From: a virus
IMG/VR virus record: IMGVR_UViG_3300021959_008125
Span: 1-64,000 of that record
Direction: 5' to 3' (one strand)
DNA: 64,000 nt
Positions 58,549 to 64,000 of this stretch are shown one piece after another; within the stretch, counting starts at the first letter, position 1; each line of letters starts with the position of its first letter. The notes below the pieces were generated by a model. That model was not told the DNA's origin. It ran no database searches and was given only the letters and a program-made list of their open reading frames with translations. The translations under genes and the position numbers were made by a program.

Positions 58549-58686
58549 ATGTCAAAAAATTCAAGCAAACAAAATCTTAACCAGTTGATAGAGTGGCTAG
58601 CGGCCAATAAAAACGTTAAGAAGGTATACAAAGAAGGAGGAAAAGTAAAATTTAATGCACCTCACTTTAACAAAAGAAGAAAATGA
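58549..58686 (+). CDS. Small basic protein (45 aa; not in ORF track)
   Basis: MSKNSSKQNLNQLIEWLAANKNVKKVYKEGGKVKFNAPHFNKRRK; follows promoter; ATGA overlap with thioredoxin. Confidence 0.6.
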   Translation: MSKNSSKQNLNQLIEWLAANKNVKKVYKEGGKVKFNAPHFNKRRK

Positions 58687-58943
58687 AAAAGTTAATAAAA
58701 TTTTATGCTGCATGGTGTGCTCCATGTAGAAGTTATGCAAATACCTGGGATGAAGTAACTCCTGATTATGCAGATCAAATCGAACTTCATAATATCGATA
58801 TTGATAAAGATACAACAGGTCTAGCTAATGAATACCAAGTAAGAAGTATTCCTACAACAGTTTTAGTTAGAGAAGACGGGTCAACTGTTAAAAAAGTAGG
58901 AGCTTTATCTAAAGAAGATTTAACCGAACTAATTTTATCATAA
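58683..58943 (+). CDS. trxA: Thioredoxin
   Basis: FYA.WCAPC; V.SIPT. Confidence 0.92.
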   Translation: MKKLIKFYAAWCAPCRSYANTWDEVTPDYADQIELHNIDIDKDTTGLANEYQVRSIPTTVLVREDGSTVKKVGALSKEDLTELILS

Positions 58944-59240
58944 ATGTTACGTAAACCAGATTCAATCCCTGCAGGGGATACAATTATCGAAGATCCAGCA
59001 ATGGAACCATTTTTTATTACTAAATCACAGACAGGTGGATATACTGTTTATGAAAGAGTAACAAAAGGAGAGAACAATACTAATTATATTAAAACTGTAA
59101 GTTACCCTTCAAACTTTGGTGCAGCATTAAAAACTGTATCTTTAGAGCTATTAAATGAAGGAGGAAAAGTTTATAATATAAAAAGTTATGTAGAACGTTG
59201 GGAAGAAATAAAAAATTCCTTAACTTCTGTATTAGAATAG
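58944..59240 (+). CDS. Hypothetical phage protein
   Basis: IEDP.MEPFFI; intact ORF. Confidence 0.55.
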   Translation: MLRKPDSIPAGDTIIEDPAMEPFFITKSQTGGYTVYERVTKGENNTNYIKTVSYPSNFGAALKTVSLELLNEGGKVYNIKSYVERWEEIKNSLTSVLE

Positions 59241-59273
59241 CGTTTGCCTATACGCTTAATAATACCTGGCAAA
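59239..59273 (+). ncRNA. Candidate cis-regulatory H-type pseudoknot in queC leader
   Basis: P1 AGCGT(59239-43)/ACGCT(59252-56); P2 TTGCC(59244-48)/GGCAA(59268-72); A-rich L3. Confidence 0.5.
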
Positions 59274-59292
59274 TTTTATTAATTATTTTATC

Positions 59293-60111
59293 ATGGCAAA
59301 AAATGTCGTAGTTAGTCTTTCAGGAGGGATGGACTCCTCTACTCTTTTACTTAGATGTTTATCTGAGTATGACAATGTAACAGCTTTATCTTTTGATTAC
59401 GGTCAAAAGCATAGAGTAGAACTTGAAAGAGCACAGTCTTTAGTAGATTATATTAATGAAAATTGTACTGACGAAAATTGTTTCGGCGGATGCAGAGTTA
59501 ACTATCAAGTAATTAAGTTAGATGGCTTAGTTAATCTTTTAAACTCTAACCTTGTAGAAGGTGGAGAAGATGTACCGGAAGGTCATTATGAAGAAGATAA
59601 CATGAAAGCAACAGTTGTACCTAATAGAAATAAAATCTTTGCTTCTATCACGCAAGCTGTAGCTTTATCAGCAGCTAATGCTAACGGTTTAGATACCGAT
59701 ATTGCTTTAGGAATTCATGCCGGTGATCATGCTATCTATCCAGACTGTAGACAAGAGTTTAGAGATGCAGACGATAATGCATTTAGAATCGGTAACTGGG
59801 ATGCAGAAAAAGTAGGTTATTTTACTCCTTACTTAGATACTGATAAATTAGGAATTTTAAAAGATGGACAAAAATTGGTTAAAGAGTTGGGAATTGAGTT
59901 TAATGAAGTTTACAAACGTACTAATACTTCCTATAAGCCTTTTCCTAGCGGGAATAGTGATTATAAGTCCGCTTCATCTGTTGAGCGAATCGAGGCGTTT
60001 ATCAACCTCGGTGTGGATGACCCTGTTCAATACGAGGATGAAACTGGACCGGTTGACTATTCAGTTGCGAAATCTCATGTTGAAAAGCTTTTAGCAGAAC
60101 ACGCAGCATGA
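59293..60111 (+). CDS. queC: 7-cyano-7-deazaguanine synthase QueC
   Basis: SLSGGMDS; YGQKH..E; VPNRN; HAGD...YPDCR. Confidence 0.92.
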   Translation: MAKNVVVSLSGGMDSSTLLLRCLSEYDNVTALSFDYGQKHRVELERAQSLVDYINENCTDENCFGGCRVNYQVIKLDGLVNLLNSNLVEGGEDVPEGHYEEDNMKATVVPNRNKIFASITQAVALSAANANGLDTDIALGIHAGDHAIYPDCRQEFRDADDNAFRIGNWDAEKVGYFTPYLDTDKLGILKDGQKLVKELGIEFNEVYKRTNTSYKPFPSGNSDYKSASSVERIEAFINLGVDDPVQYEDETGPVDYSVAKSHVEKLLAEHAA

Positions 60112-60443
60112 AAAAGTTAATTTTATTATTTTCTCTTATGGTAGGTTCTCTTGCTTTCGGGCAAGAGGATGTACCTTTTGAGGTATACGGAATTTGGCAG
60201 AGCGTAGATAATGAGTTTTTACGAGTCTACAGAACAGAAGATGGAAAAGCTGCTTTTCAAAGAGTAAGCGGTAGATCTATAAAAGCTATGGGAATAATTG
60301 AATTTGTTGACGGTGAAATGCATATCACCAGAGGAGATAAAAAAGATGAATATTCTTTAGCTTATTTTTTAGGTAATGATAATATGGTAATTGCTAAGCC
60401 TAATTCTAACCAAGCATGGTTATGGAGTAAGGTAGGTAGTTAA
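60108..60443 (+). CDS. Small secreted/periplasmic protein
   Basis: Signal peptide MKKLILLFSLMVGSLAFG|Q; G.W lipocalin-like start. Confidence 0.65.
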   Translation: MKKLILLFSLMVGSLAFGQEDVPFEVYGIWQSVDNEFLRVYRTEDGKAAFQRVSGRSIKAMGIIEFVDGEMHITRGDKKDEYSLAYFLGNDNMVIAKPNSNQAWLWSKVGS

Positions 60444-60448
60444 CTACA

Positions 60449-60520
60449 GGCCCCTTCGTCTATCGGTTAGGACGTTAGGTTTTCATCCTAGAAAGAGGAG
60501 TTCGATTCTCCTAGGGGCTA
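60449..60520 (+). tRNA. tRNA-Glu (TTC), CCA not encoded
   Basis: Acceptor GGCCCCT/AGGGGCT; anticodon arm TTAGG-TTTTCAT-CCTAG; T arm AGGAG-TTCGATT-CTCCT. Confidence 0.95.
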
Positions 60521-60533
60521 CAAATAACTTTCT

Positions 60534-61121
60534 ATGAAAATTCTCTTATTATGTGAACCCAGATCAGGCTCTACTAGATTAGGGAACTGGTTTGGTTTAA
60601 ATAATGATTTTGATGTTAGGTATGAATCGGCAGCTTGGGATAGCCCTTGGTGGTACGGTCCTAAACCAGAGAATAATATTTTAAGAGACGGGTATAAACA
60701 TTTAGTACTTAAAGAAGTTTTTTATGGGAGATCTAGTCAAATTAAAACCAATTGGGTCGACTATATGGATTATGTAGATAAGACGATATTTCTATACCGT
60801 GAAAATGAAGAAGATCAAATCATATCCTGGAATCATGCTCAGGTGACTGGTAACTTCTGCGGTCAATATCCTGCGAACACTGTTGAGCTTGTACCGGATA
60901 ACGTAAATTACTTTAAAAAAATCAAAAAGAATTTTGAAGATTTTAGAGAAGAGCACAAAAATAGAGCATTGAATATATCTTATGAAGATTTGTATTATAG
61001 AAATAAAATTCATATTTTAAAAGAGTACTTAGGATTAGATAAAGAATTGAATTATACGTTTCCTATTGGGGTTCGATACCGTTATGAAAAGAAAAAACAA
61101 GATCCTAAAAAGTTAATATGA
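60534..61121 (+). CDS. Sulfotransferase (Stf0/P-loop type)
   Basis: EPRSGST; LYR.N...Q..SW; ISYEDL. Confidence 0.75.
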   Translation: MKILLLCEPRSGSTRLGNWFGLNNDFDVRYESAAWDSPWWYGPKPENNILRDGYKHLVLKEVFYGRSSQIKTNWVDYMDYVDKTIFLYRENEEDQIISWNHAQVTGNFCGQYPANTVELVPDNVNYFKKIKKNFEDFREEHKNRALNISYEDLYYRNKIHILKEYLGLDKELNYTFPIGVRYRYEKKKQDPKKLI

Positions 61122-61579
61122 TATACTGGTTTACAGGACAGCCGGCACACGGTAAAACGGTTTTAGCAAACATGTTAAAACAGCATCTTCCTAATGCTTT
61201 TAGGATAGATGGAGATGAGATGAGAGAACTCTTTACTAATAAAGATTACTCTATTAATGGCAGAGTAGTTAATGTAGGTACAGCTCAAAAGATAGCACAC
61301 TATCTTCATAATCAAGGAGAAGATGTAATTGTATCTTTAGTTGCACCTTACATAGATCAAAGAGAAGATTTTAAAAAATTACTTGGTGATAATATAGTAG
61401 AGATATATGTACATACATCAGAACCTAGGGAACGAGATCACTTTAGAGCGATAGCTTATGTTGCTCCTCAGGAAAATTTTATCGATATTGATACTACTGA
61501 CGATACCCCTGAAGAATCTTTTGAAAAGATAATTGTTGCTATAAATAAAAAATGGAAAAAAAGAACACATACTTCGTAG
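61118..61579 (+). CDS. cysC: Adenylyl-sulfate (APS) kinase
   Basis: WFTG.P..GKT; IDGD.MR; YS..GR..NV; VS.VAPY; Y.AP. Confidence 0.88.
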   Translation: MIYWFTGQPAHGKTVLANMLKQHLPNAFRIDGDEMRELFTNKDYSINGRVVNVGTAQKIAHYLHNQGEDVIVSLVAPYIDQREDFKKLLGDNIVEIYVHTSEPRERDHFRAIAYVAPQENFIDIDTTDDTPEESFEKIIVAINKKWKKRTHTS

Positions 61580-61893
61580 ATATAGACGGGACTATTTTTG
61601 TCTATAGAAAATTTGAAACTTATGAGAGTTCCGAAGCTCAAGTTATAAAATCTACAAAACAATTTCTACAGCAGAAAAAAGATGAAGGCCACTGTATAGT
61701 TTTAACTACAGCTAGACCAAATTACCTAAGATTACATACTGAATATGAATTAGAAATAAATAATATTCCTTATGACCAATTAGTTATGGGCATAGAAAGA
61801 GGACCAAGGTATTTAATTAATGATATGGACCCTAATAATCCCGGAGAACGAGCAATTGCGATAAACTTACATAGGGATATAGGAATCAAATGA
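61552..61893 (+). CDS. HAD-family phosphatase
   Basis: FVDIDGT; TTAR; LIND. Confidence 0.8.
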   Translation: MEKKNTYFVDIDGTIFVYRKFETYESSEAQVIKSTKQFLQQKKDEGHCIVLTTARPNYLRLHTEYELEINNIPYDQLVMGIERGPRYLINDMDPNNPGERAIAINLHRDIGIK

Positions 61894-62624
61894 TTAATAT
61901 AGGTGTCTGCATCTCAGGAGAGTTTAAGAACTACAACCTTACCAATCAATTATTTCAAACATGGAATAGTTTATTTTCAGACGTTAATTTTAAATTTTTT
62001 TATTACGCATCAGGAAATTTAACAGATATACCTACAAATATTTCTTGGACGAAAGGCAGCAATACAGTTTCTTACGCACATAGTCTACAGGAAGTACATA
62101 AATGTAGAGCTTCTTATAAAAATTTTGATATAATTATACAGACTAGACCTGATGTAATAATTTTTAAATATACTTTAGATTATATTAGAGACTTAGTAGT
62201 GAACGGATACGATTCTAACACGTTATTTGTAGGAAAAGGTCTTTATGAAGAAGGAGACGTTAAGTATTTGTTAGATGATAATGTAAGTTTCGGTAGTAGT
62301 GAAATGATGGATAAGTATTCTAAAATGTATCAATATGGATTTATAGAAAATAAATTTTCTAAAAACCAATTAGGACCCCATAGAATAAATGCTGCATGTT
62401 TGGACTTTAATGATATTTCTGTTAAAACGACCGGGTTATTTAGTTTCCTTATTAGAGATAAAAAACTTTTCAAAAACAATATTACGTTATTAGAAAAAGG
62501 ATATATAACACCTGAAATTTTAGAAGAAGAATTGAACAACAGCCCTCAAACTTTTTTGACAAAGTATAAAAATGTTGGAGAATGGTTGGAGTTTACATTA
62601 AATAATTCATATATTACTAAATAA
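61890..62624 (+). CDS. Putative glycosyltransferase-like protein (paralog 4)
   Basis: IGVCISGE; FDIIIQTRPDV; DD...FG; GPH. Confidence 0.55.
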   Translation: MINIGVCISGEFKNYNLTNQLFQTWNSLFSDVNFKFFYYASGNLTDIPTNISWTKGSNTVSYAHSLQEVHKCRASYKNFDIIIQTRPDVIIFKYTLDYIRDLVVNGYDSNTLFVGKGLYEEGDVKYLLDDNVSFGSSEMMDKYSKMYQYGFIENKFSKNQLGPHRINAACLDFNDISVKTTGLFSFLIRDKKLFKNNITLLEKGYITPEILEEELNNSPQTFLTKYKNVGEWLEFTLNNSYITK

Positions 62625-62631
62625 AGCTACT

Positions 62632-63033
62632 ATGGCAGAAATAAAAGCAAAGGCAGATAAAGAAAGTTCATCATCAGAAGTAAAGTATTCATTCTTTGCT
62701 GGTAGATGGCAACCACTACACAAAGGACACCTTTGGTTAATCAACGAAAGATTAAAAGAAGGTTATAATGTATGGTTAGGAATTAGAGATGTTAAACCTG
62801 ACGAAAAAAATCCTTGGACTGCTCAGGAAATCTTAGAAATGGTAAAAGAAGGAGAGTTAAAAGAACTCATTGAAGCTGGTAAAGTTTTACCTACTATTAT
62901 TCCAGATATTGAATCTATTAACTACGGTAGAGGAGTTGGTTACGATATAATAGAACATATTCCACCTAAAGAAATAGGAGATATATCAGCTACCTCTATT
63001 AGAGAACAAATGAAAAAAGATGGTAAGTTATAA
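62632..63033 (+). CDS. HxGH nucleotidyltransferase (candidate minimal ATP sulfurylase)
   Basis: GRWQPLHKGH; NPW; YGRGVGY; ISATSIR. Confidence 0.75.
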   Translation: MAEIKAKADKESSSSEVKYSFFAGRWQPLHKGHLWLINERLKEGYNVWLGIRDVKPDEKNPWTAQEILEMVKEGELKELIEAGKVLPTIIPDIESINYGRGVGYDIIEHIPPKEIGDISATSIREQMKKDGKL

Positions 63034-63226
63034 AAGACATATAGCAAAAACTATTTCATGGAGAATCATAGGTACTTTAGATACTATGATACTTTCTGCT
63101 ATTATAACTGGTAGTTGGAAAATAGGGCTCACCATAGGAGGTATAGAAGTTATTACTAAAATGGTACTTTACTTTTTGCATGAAAGAGCATGGTATAAGT
63201 TTTCTAAATTTGGACTAAAAAAATGA
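63020..63226 (+). CDS. DUF2061-like small membrane protein
   Basis: RHIAKTISWR..GT..T; E...K..LYF.HER.W. Confidence 0.8.
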   Translation: MVSYKRHIAKTISWRIIGTLDTMILSAIITGSWKIGLTIGGIEVITKMVLYFLHERAWYKFSKFGLKK

Positions 63227-64000
63227 TACAATTAGGTATATCAGCATTCTATCACGACGCTGCAGCATGTATCGTAAAAGACGGTGTAGTAATTGCAGCT
63301 GCAGAGGAAGAAAGGTTTACTGAAATTAAACACGATAGCTCTTTTCCGATAAATGCTATTAAATGGTGTTTAGAATACACAAATTTTAAAATTCAGCATA
63401 TTGATGAAGTATGTTGGTATGAAAACCCAGAAACTAAAAAAGATAGGGTACTTAAAATATTTAAAAAACGACCTTTTCGTACATTTTTACTCAAAAGAAA
63501 ATTTCTAAAAGAATTTGAAGTTAATAACCCAAAGGTACTTTTAGAAGAAATCGGGTATAAAGGTAAGATTGTATTTACAGAACATCACTTATCACATGCA
63601 GCATTTAGTTTTTTAACTAGCCAATATGATGAAGCTGCTATTTTAACTGTGGATGGTGTTGGGGAGTGGGAAACTATTACTATTTCACATGGTGACGGTA
63701 CTAAAATCGAGAAAAAATTATCTATAGATTTTCCTAATTCTCTTGGAATGCTTTACTCTACTATAACAGCATATTTAGGGTTTAAACCTAACGAAGGTGA
63801 ATATAAAGTTATGGGGTTAGCACCTTATGGTGATCCTACAAACTATTTTAGCAAATTAGATAAAATTTTCACACATACTACCAATAAATTTTGGATAAAA
63901 CAGAAATACTTTACTTGGGAATATTCCGATAAAGTAATGTTTAATAAAAAATTCTTTAACTTACTTAAACTACCCCCTCGGCTACCGGAAGATGAACTTA
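63223..64000 (+). CDS. Carbamoyltransferase (NodU/CmcH family), 3'-partial; not in ORF track
   Basis: MIQLGISAFYHDAAA...AAAEEERF...KHD..FP; EHHLSHAA; TVDGVGE; SLG..Y; GEYKVMGLAPYG. Confidence 0.92.
   Translation, partial: MIQLGISAFYHDAAACIVKDGVVIAAAEEERFTEIKHDSSFPINAIKWCLEYTNFKIQHIDEVCWYENPETKKDRVLKIFKKRPFRTFLLKRKFLKEFEVNNPKVLLEEIGYKGKIVFTEHHLSHAAFSFLTSQYDEAAILTVDGVGEWETITISHGDGTKIEKKLSIDFPNSLGMLYSTITAYLGFKPNEGEYKVMGLAPYGDPTNYFSKLDKIFTHTTNKFWIKQKYFTWEYSDKVMFNKKFFNLLKLPPRLPEDEL

Noticed and set aside
59238-59285. Pseudoknot as a TAG-readthrough signal fusing the upstream ORF to QueC
   Set aside because: Readthrough meets an in-frame TAA within ~15 codons and is out of frame with queC; the stem also overlaps the stop itself
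1-64000. Stop-codon reassignment, as in some Bacteroidota phages
   Set aside because: Genes are full-length under code 11, and TAA, TAG and TGA all end tightly packed ORFs

Overview
A 64-kb segment of a large, AT-rich, contractile-tailed dsDNA phage. Every credible gene is on the + strand. The host is probably Bacteroidota/Flavobacteriia, inferred from TTG-N19/20-TAnnTT promoters, A-rich ribosome sites without Shine-Dalgarno, a Bacteroidota-like tRNA-Glu and a signal peptide followed by Gln. Five modules: (1) 1-12.6 kb, Ser/Thr-rich tail-fibre/virion-surface genes; (2) 12.6-36.2 kb, a gap-free cluster of about 28 glycan-building and tailoring genes (GT2-, GT7-, GT47- and GT-B-like transferases, UDP-glucose dehydrogenase, NeuA/NeuB, sulfotransferase, methyltransferases, two radical SAM enzymes, aminotransferase, dehydrogenase); (3) 36.5-47.7 kb, tail sheath, tube, chaperone pair, tape measure and baseplate; (4) 47.7-59.2 kb, replication and nucleotide metabolism (divergent PolA, SSB, RecA, 5'-3' exonuclease, DnaB, NrdB/NrdA, thioredoxin); (5) 59.3-64 kb, QueC, tRNA-Glu and a sulfation/carbamoylation module. 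Top hypotheses: (a) a phage-encoded, proteoglycan-like virion glycosylation/sulfation system whose likely acceptor is an [S/T]-G/A/S-S motif concentrated in surface-exposed virion proteins; (b) GC-elevated multi-hairpin RNA structures inside many core genes; (c) an H-type pseudoknot, possibly a riboswitch, before a QueC lacking its zinc cysteines; (d) a +1/-2 frameshift in the tail chaperone; (e) a PolA with an altered steric gate; (f) a possible miniature ATP sulfurylase. All annotations come from reading motifs by eye. No database search or folding program was run.
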